Of a DNA stretch of 64,000 bases, positions 1 through 15,800 are shown one piece after another; the stretch's first letter is position 1, and every line of letters starts with the position of its first letter. Origin of the DNA: Glaucostegus cemiculus (taxonomy: Eukaryota); contig CDPCPM010000213.1 in assembly GCA_976551045.1 (NCBI GenBank), positions 2,914,001 through 2,978,000 on the forward strand, written 5' to 3'. The notes under the pieces were generated by a model. The model worked only from the letters and a program-made list of their open reading frames with translations. It was not told the origin of the DNA and made no database searches. A program made the translations under genes and the position numbers.

Positions 1-1295
1 CAGCAGTCTTCTATTTAAACAGCCATTGGATCTTGGACTTCCAGCTATGGATTACCAAAAGGTACAACTCCTGGACTTACTAATGGGTTTGTCAGTTTGC
101 TCTGCTGCTGCAGAGAGTCCAGAGGTGGAGCTGAGACTTACTTCCATTCCCCAGCATTGTGCCAAAGAATTACCTCTAGGGCCTAGAGCCAGATTAGATT
201 TCAATGAGATTGCAGAAAAATAGGTTAGGAGGTAGAGAAGAAAATAGATTAGCTACTTCATAAATTATTTCACTTCACATCATGCTTTTTTATAGATGTT
301 AGTTATTAATAATTATTTATAATTGTTTTTGTAATACTTTAGTTTCTGAATTACTTCACTATTAGTAACTTTTATACATCTCAGTTACATTTAGAAACTA
401 TTAAAATATGCTCACAGATCTTACATTTGGCAAAGCTGGGGTAGGGGGCTAAACGGGCTATCAAAGCTTTCAATGACCTTTCTGGAGCGAGGCATCCTTG
501 CTCCATCAGGAGATGCCCTGCTGCCATTCAGGTCATGGCACTGGAATCTGTGATACTTTGAGACAGTGAGATTCAGCAAGGTAAGTATGGCCAGGGGAGT
601 AACGTAAGTGGTGATTCTGGGCAGAAGCATTGGGTCAGCAACTTCTGAACCATTGTTTATAAATGATTCATTGAGACCCCGCTTAGTGAGTATAAAACTA
701 GTGAGAAAGAAGCCACAAAAATAAAACCATCCCTGAGAGCTCTTCAATGGAAATGAACAATGGAATTGCACAAATTAATGCATTTCAATAAATGAGTTTC
801 ATGCTGCTCTAATAGTAAGTGTAAAAAACTCAGCTCATTCAGCTCTCTTTTTAAAACCACATTTTTTTCTTTCCAATGTAAAATTCTTTTAATATATATT
901 TCTCTGAAGTTGCACATGAACTATCAAGTAATAAAGAACAAGCAGTATGATTGTTAAATATAAAAGGTGCAGCCAACTGCAGGCTTTCCTCCAGATCACA
1001 CACCATTCTGACTTAGAAACCTATTACCCTTCATGATTGGTGGGTCTCACGGAATCATAGAAGCAGAGGAAGTAGCTGCAGGAGTTGGCCATTCGGCCCT
1101 TAAGGCCTTCTCCACCATTGATCTTGATCATGGCTGAGGATTAGGGGTACAATTGCACCTGAGAGAATTAAAACCTTGCTGTTTATAACTCTGTTTTCTA
1201 TGATTTGGTTTAATTGCTGTAAGGATGACCTTCAGCAATGTTTCAACTTATTCCATCAATTATTCTATGTTCCGATTTTGATCCTCTGTTTTCAG

Positions 1296-2981
<1,686 letters not shown>

Positions 2982-3466
2982 CACAACTCGTCACAGGAAA
3001 GCCTTGCAGGACTCACCAGCAACTGGTGAACTAGTCATGTAAAAAATCCAAATGTTTAGTTTTCCATGTAAACTTCCCTAGAAGGAGCATTAGTGTTCTT
3101 TTTATTTTGTGGGCATGGTTGATACCTCTTAAATTTTGTTGCTGACTGGTGTCATACAAATTACAAAAGCCACTTAGCCCATTGAACCTTGTTTGCCTGT
3201 TGTTCCATTCTCAAATGATTTTGGTTTCGAAGTATGAGATAATCTTCCAAAGGTGCAGAGTGATTATAAACCCTTAGCCAATAGCAACCTCAAAATAACT
3301 AGGACACTAGTTGGAGCCATCTTTTATCTTCTAAGGACAAAAGTCCACACAGTTTGTATAAAATGCCCAGGTGTGATATCGCCTGTTTATTCTATGTCCA
3401 TAAATTCAGGGCTGCAAATATTAAAAGAGAGAAATGGTCAGTCACTTATTCCTATAAAATACATTG

Positions 3467-3472
3467 AATAAA
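3467..3472 (+). other. Candidate polyadenylation signal of the ABI gene
   Basis: First AATAAA downstream of the stop codon; several more follow, so actual usage is unknown. Confidence 0.3.
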
Positions 3473-3968
3473 TGAAATTTTCTGCCTTTAAGTGTAATAA
3501 CTGGAAGTGTTAGAATGGGCCATCATAATCCAGATATACTAAATTAAGTTAAATTTAATAAAGCCCGAATGTAGTGACATTGTCATTGCAAGCTGGAGTA
3601 GAAGTGATTGGAAATTCTCCTGTCAATCATGCTTGATTGACAAGAGCTGTAAGTGACCGTTGGATTTTATGCACATAATTTATGTGTTACTATTTTCCAC
3701 TTATTGTAACTTTCTGGAGAAATTACCCTTCTTTTATTCGGAGAAGATGGTGATGTTTCTGAATAAATTGATTATGCTGTATATGATCTCTGTGAGCTTA
3801 ATTCTTCATCCAACTAGTTGATTGGCTGTTGTAGTATTTTCATCAAATGTTCCATATAATAAAAACATATACAACGGCACTATCAGTGATAAATCAAGAT
3901 TAAATATTCCTGCATAGTGCCTCACCTTATGGAAATTTTTGTATCTAGCACATATTAAAGAAAATAAG

Positions 3969-4425
3969 ATACTTGCATTTATATAGTGCCTTTCACAACT
4001 TCAGGATGTCCAAAGCACTTTAAATCCAATGATCTGTTTTTTGAAGTGTAGTCAATGTGGCAATGCAAGAACCAGGACAGAAAATTTGCATACTCCAAGA
4101 TCCAAAAGTAACAATGACAGATAAAACCAGATAACCTGTTATACTGATGTTGGTAGAGAGATACATCTTGGTTCATGCTCCAGTATTCCGCGGTTGTTAT
4201 TGGATTAAGGTTTATACTTGTTCTACTACAATTGTATCTGGGGAGAACTCACCAACACTTTTTAACAAAGGTATGGGATCTACTTTTATCTAAGTGGGCT
4301 CAGTACCTTACCTGAAGTATACTTATTTCCCCAGTGTAGCAATCTGTCAATACCATGCTAGAGATATCAATCTAAACTATGTGCTCAGTTGTCGGAAATG
4401 TGACTTAAAACTCTAACATCTTGAA
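3969..4425 (-). mobile_element. Old Deu-domain SINE (SacSINE1-like), degenerate
   Basis: 'acttgcatttatatagtgcctttcacaacttcaggatgtccaaagcacttt...tgaagtgtagtca' tail and 'atgggatc...cagtgtagca...tgtgctcag' body resemble the shark DeuSINE consensus as recalled. Confidence 0.55.
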
Positions 4426-6199
4426 TTTCTGAAAGAAAGAAACTGAACTTGTTCCACTTCTATCACAGCTTCAATGTGCGAAAATCAGTGTAGAATTACA
4501 CAGTTTTTACCAAAGGAAGTGATGGCACCATCAAAGTAGAACAATTTCAGTCAGTGTTAACTCAAGGAGAAGCCAGTTGCTGATGTAAATTTGTGACAGC
4601 AAGTCTACAGACTGCTACACATAATGATAACTTCCAGTGGTTCAAAAGTGAAAGCTTTAATATCCACTTAATTCCCTTGATTCTGAAAAGAACAAGTATT
4701 CACCTTGAAAGGAAATATGATTCAAAAACTTTCAATGCTACTTTTGCATACTGGATGGTAAGAGGAGCAACTGTTACAATAAGTTACAAAAAAATCAAAT
4801 TCTTAATTTGCAATACAATGTTATCTAAGTACACATCCTAATTTTTAACCTATCATGATTACTTTACTATATAACTTTTAATATGTTCTTTAATTAATAA
4901 ATAAATAATCAGAAATCTTGTATTGCATTAGCTGTCAGTTATAATGCATTGCCAGTACTGGGTAAAGTGTGACTGGCTTTAATACTCCTGCTGAACAGAG
5001 CTGAGCTTCACACAATGGTTATTCAGGAGCTGCTAACTTCAGATACTTTTAATGTTACAGCTGTTTCTCCGGCAGCAATGATGATTCTATTTTTTTGCAT
5101 TTTTTCTTCAATATCTACTTTTTCTTTCAATTATCAAATTTCTTCTCACATTTGTACATTTACTGTGAATTTAATGCCATTGCTAGTAAGCAGTTAAGAG
5201 AAGGATACTTTGGCTGGATTGCATATTGTGGCACTATTATTATGTGTCAGGATGGAAGTGATAGGATAATTCTCTGTCATTCATATCTGGACATTGTGTA
5301 CCACTGTAAGTGAGTGGTTTGATTTTATGAAAAAAAAGTCTGGCTTGAGTTCAATCTATTTTTACATACATCCAGTCACAGTCTGATCTCGCCCTGCTTT
5401 AAAATAGACTGTATACTGTGGTATATAGTCTGATCTCACTTTCTGGCTTGCCAGTGCCCTTACCTCTTGGATGGCCCAGGCCCTGAAAACCATGCCCCCT
5501 CCACCCCGAATTCTCCAACTGCCTGATTGTCTAAGCCCCTGTCCTACAGGGGGCACATGAACGAATGGCTGTTGGTCCACTGTGAAATGAACATTTACTA
5601 TGCCCTTTTGGATGCACTTCACTTCCTGGGCCTCCGTGTGCTTTGCATATTGTTCTGTTTGGTTCCTAATGTGTGACAAGGTGCAACAGTTGTCAACAGA
5701 TACTTTTCTGTTTCTGTTAGGAGAAAGGCACATTTCTTTCCAGTGCAAACTAAAATGTGAATCACTTTTCTTTCCATGTTCTTTGTTGCATTTACTTTTT
5801 AATTCTACTGTACACCTGGTGAAAGGTGTGAACGGAATTTATTTTTTAATATGCAGAACTAAGACTTAAGGCCAACAGTTACTGTTGGTATTTTTCCTGT
5901 GATTGAATACTGAACAATGCTGTGGAAGACTCACTGTTTTAACTTAAAACTTGATCTTTGTTAGCCAAAATAATCGATAACATATTTTATCATGTCAATT
6001 ATTTGCTAGCTGAAAATTATAATTTCTGATTTGTATAGTAAAAATATTATATTTTGTATATTTGGTTAGCTCACTGAAAAATTACTTTGCATTTTTTAAA
6101 ATAACATATGCAAAATACTATTTTCTTAAAATACAATTAGATGAATGAGCTATTCCTTATTTCATGGTGTGCTTCAAAATAATTGTGACAAATGAAATT

Positions 6200-6510
6200 G
6201 AGGGGAGATTTAATGGAGGTGCATAAAGGAATGATAGAGTGAATAGTGAGGACCTTTATCCATCAGCAGAGAGGTCTTTAACCAGGGGCCATAGCTTAAA
6301 GTGAATTGGCAGAAGGATTAGTGGGGAGTTATGAAAAAAAATATTTTATTCAACAAGTAGTAGGGATGTGGAATTTACTGCTTGGAAGGGTGGAGAAAGT
6401 CACCCTCACCACGTTTAGAAAGTATCAGGAACAAGAGATGTGAAGTGAAATTAAACTTGTGGAACAACATGGACACACATAATGAGTTGAGAAGCCTCTT
6501 TCTGGGCTAT
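6200..6510 (+). mobile_element. CR1 LINE 3' fragment, old
   Basis: 'ttgaggggagatttaatggaggt...accaggggccatagcttaaagtgaattggcagaagg' = LRGDL.E...TRGH.LK CR1 ORF2 C-terminus. Confidence 0.6.
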
Positions 6511-9094
6511 TGCTTTTAATGCTGCAGCAATACAGCTCTGCTCCTGCAGGGGTTTGTGTAAAGTACTGGGTGGAACTAGGGAACTTGGGTCCTCCAGTAA
6601 ATGTTAGAACTTTAAGGCTGCTAGTATATATAGATATGTCGATAATATGTGTGTGATTAATGCGTCCCTTCAAAAGTGGTCAGAGCTAAATATCTGTGCA
6701 TACCCCTGTGTCTGTCAAAGGGGTAAATGTTTCAACAACACAGCTTCTAAGATCTTCATTTTTGTTGAGCTATTGGATAATGTTGTAACATTTTAATGGT
6801 ATCAAAGATTTATATTGTTTAGAAATTGAAATAAAGTAAATATGATTTGCCGATACAATTTGCACTGTTTACTTTCATGTTACACAAAACACCTGGTATG
6901 GGGCAAAAAGGTTTCCTTCTGTCCTGTAAATGTTATGATTCTATGAACATGCTTGATGAAAATTTTTAGAAGTAATGATGTTACCCACCAATAACAACAA
7001 CAACTGCAGGGTGTCCCAAAGACCTTTCCAGGAATATAATGAATAATGGCTCAGATCATACTTGCGTGTGAGCAGTAATTCATTGGAAACCAGCTGATGT
7101 CTCCTGTTTGGTCTTCATCACATTTCTGACTTCTGTAGCTGTGCATAGATACGAGCTAGAGATTGGATAGAGGCTCACTAATCTCATTGTTCTGCTGCTG
7201 AACTCAGTACCAAGGCCAGTGGTGAAAAACTGATATCCCAAGCTGAAGGCCCAGACACACTTAGTACCTTGGGCCTCAATTTTATATCAGGGACAGTTGA
7301 GAACATACCAAGGTTCCATTTGTTTATTAACCTGGAGTTAAAAGATAAGTTCAGGTAAATGATTGATTTATTTTGTGTTTTCTTAATGTAGTAAGTATAT
7401 CTGTTTTTATGGTGTCTTGTTAGTTCCTCTTTCAAGATAGAACTGACAACTGCAGTACTAATAATTTCCTGACAGTGGCAATGCAGAGCTATTATAAATC
7501 TCAGCACAACCATTATAAAGAGAAACTAGAATCCTAAAATGCATTCCGATTTGCTTATTTCATCATAACATTAAGTTGAAGAGTTAATTATATACTGCAC
7601 AGTCATTGACAGACCTTCCAATAAAACATCTGTAGAGCTCTTAGTTGTGATATTTGCAAAATTTACTAGGAATTTACAGGAGGTAATTTTGGATGTTAAA
7701 ACATAGATTAAAAGAGTATTACTGAAAATGAATGTTAATCCATTGAATAAAAATAATGTAAATGAATAATGAATTTTTTTTGGATAATTAGTTATACAAC
7801 CTTGTTAAACTTACAAGTTTTAATACATAGAGTTTGCTCCCTCATTATCTCTACATTCCAAATCAGAGTTCACATTTTAAACCAGATGGCAGCCCGGAAA
7901 TGACTTCTCCTTCTTCTGAGGGAATTCCTCAGGATTGGGGGTGACTCCTTTACACTCTGGTTTTGTGGATTCTTACGTGAGCAATGATGCCTTGAGGTAT
8001 TTGTTCCATGTCTCAGAAACATGGAGGAGAGCAGCAATCATTGCTATTTGATCCATTATGTGTTTTGTGCAAGTTTTGAGGACATAAGTTTCAAACAAAT
8101 TTTTCCTCAGATGGCCAATGGGCTGTGCTGATATGCTGAAGGTAACAGTGACTCTCATTATGATTTTTTTTTTGTCAAATACGTTCATCAGAAATCTAGT
8201 CCAGTCATTGTGAGTACAGCATTCAGTGTTTTCAAAGGCAGGAAGTGTTTGAATTTTAAATTTTCTGATATTCCAAAGATTTTCTAGTCAATATTGAGGT
8301 CAGGATATTAATGCATTGTCAACTGTCTCACAGATAACTGACAAGAACACTTTATAATCATAAATAAAACAGAAGATGGTGGAAATATTGATAGGTTAGA
8401 CATGATCAGTAGAAAGAGAAACAGAATCAACAATCTGACCTTGATTCTTCTCTCCTCACAGACCCTGCCTGACCTCTTGAGTACTTTCAGCATTTTATGA
8501 TTTTACTTACAGATTTCCAGCATTTGCACAATTTGACTTTATTGTTATGGACCAATGGACACCTTATCTTCACTGTTCAAGTTTCATCAACCTCTGTGTG
8601 GTGAAACTGGGCATCATTTGCTTCAGTTACTGCCTCTGCTTGCTATGGGAGTCATTGGACTGAGACTAATGTTAGACAGAGTTTAGAACATCGCAATCTC
8701 CTTTACAGTGGCCACAATGCTAGCAAAAAGAAAGGTACAGAAAATCATGAACTGCATGTTTTGGTCAACCAGCTCTGACTTAAACTCAGGAGGGAACAAG
8801 AGCTGTTATCCTTCCAAATTCATGTTTCCAACTGGTACATCTGGGTTCACCCAACAACAGGAATCCAAGTGCATTGCATGGCTGTCTCTTACACTGTCTT
8901 AAGGCAGCATGGACCATTCAAAAGAATGAAATTCTGAACGTATTATTCTGTGGTTTAAACCATCAACAGCGGGCTCTTAACCAATGGAAAGAGTTTACCC
9001 TGAGAATCTCATTTTGATCTTTGGGTTCTGGAGTGAACTGAACTTCCAGAGCACCCTGGTGGTGAACAGTTAAATTAACTGGCTGCCTAACCCA

Positions 9095-9440
9095 CAGGCT
9101 TAGACTATCCAGAGAAGTGGGTTCAGATTCCAGCAGGGCAGTGTGAAATTTTAAATTCAGTCAATAATCAGGCAACTACTAGAAGTGATGACCACCCAAA
9201 ACCCGCTAGATACCCCTAAAACCCCCATCTGGCCCATGAATGTCCTTCAGTGGAGAAAACTTGCCCTCCTTAATTGCCCCTGGTTTTATGTAACTCCACC
9301 CCATATGGTTGAGTGTTAAAATGCCCTCTGAAGTACACACTCAGTTATTCACCATCATCTCTCAGGAGCAATCAGTGATGAGCTACAAGTGTTGACCTTG
9401 CCACCGATGCCTAGATCACAAAAAGTGAATAATTAAAACA
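9095..9440 (+). mobile_element. tRNA-derived SINE (family also at 17183-17525)
   Basis: B-box-like gggttcagattcc; shared 'ccatctgg...aatgtcc...tatgt.actcca...ttga...ttaa..tgccct' body with the 17183 copy. Confidence 0.5.
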
Positions 9441-9590
9441 AAGCCCTTTGGCTCTAGTCTTGACATTGGTCTTCTGTGTGCTCAACTGGCAAAAAAATTC
9501 ATAAACTGTATGCCAAATGAGAAAGTGGCAGCAAAACAATTGAGAATGAAGAGACACTAACAACTGAGAATCAGGTTGAACCAAGCATCC

Positions 9591-9596
9591 TTTATT
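9591..9596 (-). other. Candidate polyadenylation signal of the retsat-like gene
   Basis: tttatt (AATAAA on - strand) about 65 nt after the stop codon. Confidence 0.45.
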
Positions 9597-9661
9597 TTGC
9601 AATGCAGAGTGCTATAGAAATATGTGGGAGTAGAGCATTAATAACTCCTGCTGTCAGAGTT

Positions 9662-9807
9662 TCACATCACTTTTTTATGTTCTTTCTTCTTAAGTCTCCT
9701 CTTAAGAAGAATAAGATCCAGATACACAATTCGCCCTAAAATGGCAGAGGCACAGATGAGGCCCCCATGCATCGCTCCAGCAACGCCATTAGAAAAAACG
9801 TCCTGAC
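9662..9807 (-). CDS. retsatl: retsat-like exon 11 (last)
   Basis: ttgcag|GT CAG GAC; [48 protein letters not shown]. Confidence 0.92.
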
Positions 9808-12800
9808 CTGCAAGAAAGTTCAACGAGATAAGTGGATGGGTTGCAGTTCTAGAAATAGAGGAATCAGGGCCTGAAAAACTGCTTGTGATGATTTTGTAAT
9901 TTGTATTTGTTATTTTTAGAACAGCTAAAATCTTAAATATGTTGTAACCATGGAGATTGCTGTGGAAGATTTTTGACATGGTATAACTATCGTTTCTTAA
10001 ATTTTCGTGAGTTTGAACACAGCAGGTCAATGATTAAGGCCCAAACCTCAAAAATAATTGGGAGTTTGACTCCTCTTGATAATCTCCAAGACAAGACATA
10101 GACAAGTAAAATATAAATTGCTCGCTCCCTGTCTCAGCTCTGGTAGAAGTTCTGAACGTTTTCACTAAAATTTGTTCACAGCTGAGACCAACTAGTTTCA
10201 TCAGATCAAAAAGTAAAAAATTGAAAGAGAAAATATGCTGGGGATACTCAACATTTGCAGCTTTTTTACTTTTTGATTTGATGAAACTTGTTTGTCTCAG
10301 CTGTGAACAAATTTTAGTGAAGATGTTCAAACTTCTACCAGAGCTGGGACAGGGAGCGAGCAACTTGTTTTACTTGTCTATGCCTGGGATATCTGGTCTT
10401 GCCAAGTATTACTTGTGTGGGACGGAAGGTACAAAAGGGAAAATATAAGTGACAAAATAGAATGGGATTCTTCTACTTCATGCTTCCAGGCAGCTCAGTG
10501 CACTGAGTTCTGAGACACAAATGACTCACTTATATTTTCTCATCACAGAGCAACTGTTGTGCCATTCCTGAGATTCAATCAGAAAACTATATTGTGTAAG
10601 CTGTGATGGTCAAAGTAATAAAGGGAAGCAGCCATAGAACAAAGGTCACACCTGATATTCAGCCAGAGAAAGTATATTAGGTAAGTGGATGGTGGGTCTG
10701 GGCAGAGAAATGACACTGTCCCGATAATGCAGGTTGACGAATTACAGTCAGTGTTGTCAATGACCATTGTGGCCTTGATCTCTGCTGTTACTGGCAGCTC
10801 ATGAAGAATTACAGCATGAGAAGGAGAGCACTTGACTGTTCTATCATAACCATAAGACCATAAGGCATTGGAGAAGAATTAGGCCATCCAGCCCAACGAG
10901 TCTGCTCCACCGTTCAATCATGGCTGATTTATTTTTCAACCCCATTCTTCCACCTTCTCCCTGTGACCCTTAAACCCTTCACCAATCAAGAACCTATCAA
11001 TACACCTAATGATTTGGCATCCACAGCCCTCTGTGGCAATGATTTCCACAGATTCAGCACCATCTGGCTGAAGAAATTCCTCCTCATCTCAGTTTTAAAG
11101 GGATGTCCCTTTACCCTGAGGCTGATCCTAGACTCTCCTACTAATGGAAACATCCTCTCCACATCCACTCTATCCAGGACTTTCAGTATTTCATAGGTTT
11201 TAACGAGATCACCAGTCAACGTTCTGAACTCTATCGAGTACAGGCCCAGAGCCATCAAACATGACTCATACATTCCTTTCATTCCTGAGATCATTCTTGA
11301 GAACCTCCTCTGGACCGTCTCCAGGGCCAGCACATCTTTCCTAGACACAGAGCCCAAGATTGTTCATAGTATTCCATTGCAGTCTGACCAATGCCTTATA
11401 AAGCCTCTGCAGTACATCCTTGCTTTTATATTCTAGTTTATAATCCACTTAGATTTATTTTGGATTTTGTGTCTGCAAACACAGAGAGATAGTTATGCAA
11501 CCAACTCTCTTTCTTGACTAACATAGACTCAGTGGGATACTTACCAGTAAGGTAAAGGTTTTTCACAGGAGTTTTTGCTCTGATAGAGGCAACAACGTCA
11601 GGAGTGAACCGAGCGAGGTCCTGGTTTGTACCGTACATCTCCCCACGAGGAGCAGCCAGGTAGTATTGATTAGTGAGTGGGGTTGCAGCTTTGACGTATT
11701 CAATCTAAGATTTTCACATTAAACAATTACATCTCATTGATATGACTGTACTGGCTTTCATTACCAGACAATCCTGTTAAAATGATGTCACATTATGATC
11801 ATACTGGGCAGCACAATGGTGCAGCTAGTAGAGATGCTGTTTCACAGCTCCAGTGAGCCAGGTTTAGTCCTCATATCTGGTGCTGGCTGTATGGATTTTG
11901 CATAATCTCCCCGTGATTACATAGGTTTCCTCCACATGTTTTTTTATTTTCTCCCACATACCAAAGACCTATGGGATGGTAGGTTAATTGGCCATGGCAA
12001 TTGCCCCTAGTGTGTAAAGGGGTAGAAGGAGTTGATGGGAATGTGGGGAGAATAAAATGGAATAAGTATGGGATTAATATAAATGGTGCTTAATAGTTGG
12101 CATGGACTCGATGGGTTAAAGGTCCTGTTTCTATGCTTTATGACTCTATGACAATTGGCCAGGCTGAAACAATATTAAGAATATTGGTTAACAGTATTTA
12201 CTCTTTATAGAACATAGAACATAGATACCTACAGCACAATCAGGCCCTTCGGCCCACAAAGCTGTGCTGAACATGTCCCCACACTATTAGGCTTACCCAT
12301 AAATTTCTATCTTATTTACCTCCATGTACCTATCCAACAGTCTCTTGAAAGACCCTAACGTATCCGCCTCCACCACCTTCTCCGGCAGCCCATTCCACGC
12401 ACGCACCACTCTCTGAGTAAAAAAACTTACCCCTAACATCTCCCCTATATCTTCCCCCCCAGCACCTTAAACCTATGTCCTCTGGGAAAAGCTTCCAACT
12501 ATCTACCCTATCCATACCTCTCAACATCTTATACACCTCAATCAGGTCCCCCATCATCTTCCTTCTCTCCAAGGAGAAAAGGCCGAGTTCCCGCAGCCTG
12601 CTCTCATAAGGCATGCTCCTCATTCCAGGCAGCATCCTCGTAAACCTCCTCTGCACCCTCTCTATAGCTTCCACATCCTTCCTGTAGTGAGGTGACCAGA
12701 ACTGAACACAATACTCCAGGTGGGGTCTGACCAGGGACCTATACAACTGAAGCATTACCTCCCTACTCCTAAATTCAATCCCTTGACCGATGAAGGACAA

Positions 12801-15800
12801 TACACCATACGCCTTTCTAACCATGAAGTCAACCTGCGCAGCCGCCTTGAGCGTCCTATGGACTCGGACCCCAAGATCCCTCTGATCCTCCACACTGCCA
12901 AGAATCTTACCATTAATTCTATATTCCGCCAACCTATTCGACCTACCAAATGAACCCGGGTTGAACTGCATCTGCCGTTTCTCAGCCCAACTCTGCATCC
13001 TATCTATGTCCCTCTGTAGCCTCTGACAGCCCTCTAAACTATCCAGAACTCCCCCAACCTTTGTGTCGTCAGCAAACTTACTAACTCACCCTTCCACTTC
13101 CTCATCCAGGTCATTTATAAAGATGACAAACAGCAAGGGTTCCAGCACAGATCCCTGAGGTACACCGGAGGTCACCGACCTCCACTCAGAATACGACCCT
13201 TCCACAACCACTCTTTGTCTTCTGTGGGCCAGCCAATTCTGAATCCACACCGCAATGTCCCCCTGGATCCCGTGTCTCCTCACCTTCTCCATAAGCCTTG
13301 CATGGGGCACCTTATCAAATGCCTTGCTAAAATCCATATACACTACATCTACCGATCTCCCTTCATCGACGTTCTTGGTCACTTCTTCAAAATATTCTAT
13401 AAGTCTCATCAGACAGGACGTACCCTTGACAAAACCATGCTGACTATTTCTAATCATGCCATACTTCTCCAAGTGTTCATAAATCCTGCCTCTCAGGATC
13501 CTCTCCAGCAGCTTATCAACCACTGAGGTGAGACTCACCGGTCTATAATTCCCCGGGATATCCCTATTCCCCTTCTTGAATAACGGCACAACATCCGCAA
13601 CTCTCCAATCTACCGGAACCTCTCCCGTCTCCATCGACGACGCAAAGGTCAGGGGCTCCGCAATCTCCTTTGAGGAGGTATTCTCCATTGAGTAATCATT
13701 TTGAAAGACCATTTACTTGAGGACAGAAGAAGGTGCTGTGCTAATGTAAACTAGTTCCTTTCCATGACTTCCTTTCATAGGCAAATTGATTGGAATGTGC
13801 AAAGGGCTGCACAATTATTCTCAACACTGGTGCCCCACAACGCTGCGTCCTCGGCCCTCTACTCCCTATGCTCTCATCACTCTGTGGCCAGATTCTGCTC
13901 TAACTCCATCTACAAGTTTGCAGGTGATACCACTGTTGTAGGCCGTATCTCTAACAGTGATGAGTCGGAATTCAGGAAGGAGATAGAGGGCTTAGTGGAA
14001 TGGTGTCATGACAACAACCTTTCCCTCAATATCAAACAAACAAATGAGCTGGTCATGGACTTCAGGAAAGGGGGCGGTGTACATGCACCTGTCTACTTCA
14101 ATGGTGCTGAGGTCGAGAGGGTTGACAGCTTCAAGTTCCTGGGAGTGAACATCACCAACAGCTTGTCCTAGTCAAATCACACAGATACCATGGCCAAGAA
14201 AGCAGAGCAGCACCTCTACTTCCTCAGGAGGCTAAAGTAATTCAGTTTGTCCCCTTTGACACTCACCAACTTTTACCAATGCATCATAGAAAGCATCCTA
14301 TCTGGATGTATCATGGCTTGGTACGGCAACTGCTCTGCCCAGGACCGAGAGGAACTGCAGAAAGTTGTGGACACAGCCCAGCACATCACAGACACCAGCC
14401 TCCCTCCTTGGACTCTGTCTTTACCTCTCGTTGTCTTGGTGAAGCAGCCAGCATAATCAAAGACCCCACCCACATGGGTCATTCTCTCTTCTCTCTTCTT
14501 CCATCTGGTAGAAGATACAGGAGCCTGAAGGCACGTACCACCAGACTCAAGGACAGCTTCTACCCCACTGTGATAAGACAATTGAACGGTTCCCTTATAC
14601 AATGAGATGGACTATGACCTCACTATCTACATTATTGTGACCTTGCACCTTATTGCACTGCACTTTCTCTGTAGCTGTGACACTTTACTCGGTACTGTTA
14701 TTGTTTTTACCTGTACTACATCAATGGACCCTGTATTAACTCAATGTAACTGCACTGTGTAATGAATTGACCTGTACGATCGGTATGCAAGACAAGTTTT
14801 TCACTGTACCTCAGTACAAGTAACAATAATAAACCAATACCAATACCAATAGTTATTGCTTGTTTAATGTTCAAATCACCAGTTGTCTAACCATGGATTA
14901 CTGGAGAGCTTAAAGGAGTATGGAATCTATGGAAAAGGCAAACAAAGTTGCTAGAGAAAGCAATAAGCCTGAAATTGGATATGTTTTAAAATGCAGCAAA
15001 GGGTTGATAAAGAAAGGGAAAATAAATATGGGACTAAACCAACGAGAAACATAGAAATGGACTATAAGAGCTTCTTTGGATAAGCAAAATGGAAGAGAAA
15101 AGTGAGAATGCATACGGATCCCTTACAGAGATGGGAGAATTTATCATAGGGAATAAAGACGTAGTCAAGGAATTAAGCAAATACTTCATGAAGGAAGGCA
15201 CACAAAACCTAATGAAAACATTGTAGAGCCAAGGATACCATGCAGATGAGGAAATAAAAGAAACTGGTATTTGTAAAAACAAGTATTATTAGAGAAGTTA
15301 CTGAACCTGAAAACCGATAAATCCCAAGGATCTGAGAATCTACATCCCAGAATTTTGAAAGAGGTGTCATTGGACACGATGATGCTCTGGCTGTCAATTT
15401 CCAAAGTACTGTAGATTCTGGAATTTTCTCAGAGCTGGGGTGGGATGGGGGGTCAGTGGAGGGTTTACAGTTATCAAAGCAGAGCTGGGGGGAGGAGTAA
15501 CGAGAAAGACAAAAGACTTTGTGGAGGTAGGTTAAGATACATCAGGTGGTAAGGAGCACAACCATAAGCAAGGGAATTTGAAGAAAAAGGGTGACAAAGA
15601 GAAATAAGCACGAGAATGGGAAACAACGAGAGAGTAGTTCACCTGAAGTTGGAAAATTCAGCATCCATTGCAAAGTAGCAGGACAGAAGATAAGATATTG
15701 TTTCTCTAGTTTACATGGATCTCACTACAGCGATGGAGGAAGCCAGAGACAGATAGGTCCAAGTGGAAGTGAGATAGAGAATTAAAGTGGCATGTGACAG

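Noticed and set aside
418-586. Strong donor AAG|GTAAGT at 580/581 with an upstream cacag acceptor, as a possible extra ABI coding exon
   Set aside because: All three frames have a stop codon within 30 nt before the donor, and there is no ABI-like translation.
26-771. Short ORFs 26-223 (+) and 421-771 (-)
   Set aside because: No recognisable domain or splice-compatible link to either gene; consistent with chance ORFs.
12330-13712. Reverse-transcriptase ORFs as a host gene or retron-like system
   Set aside because: Typical multi-copy CR1 ORF2 pieces with stops, deletions and a CR1 tail.
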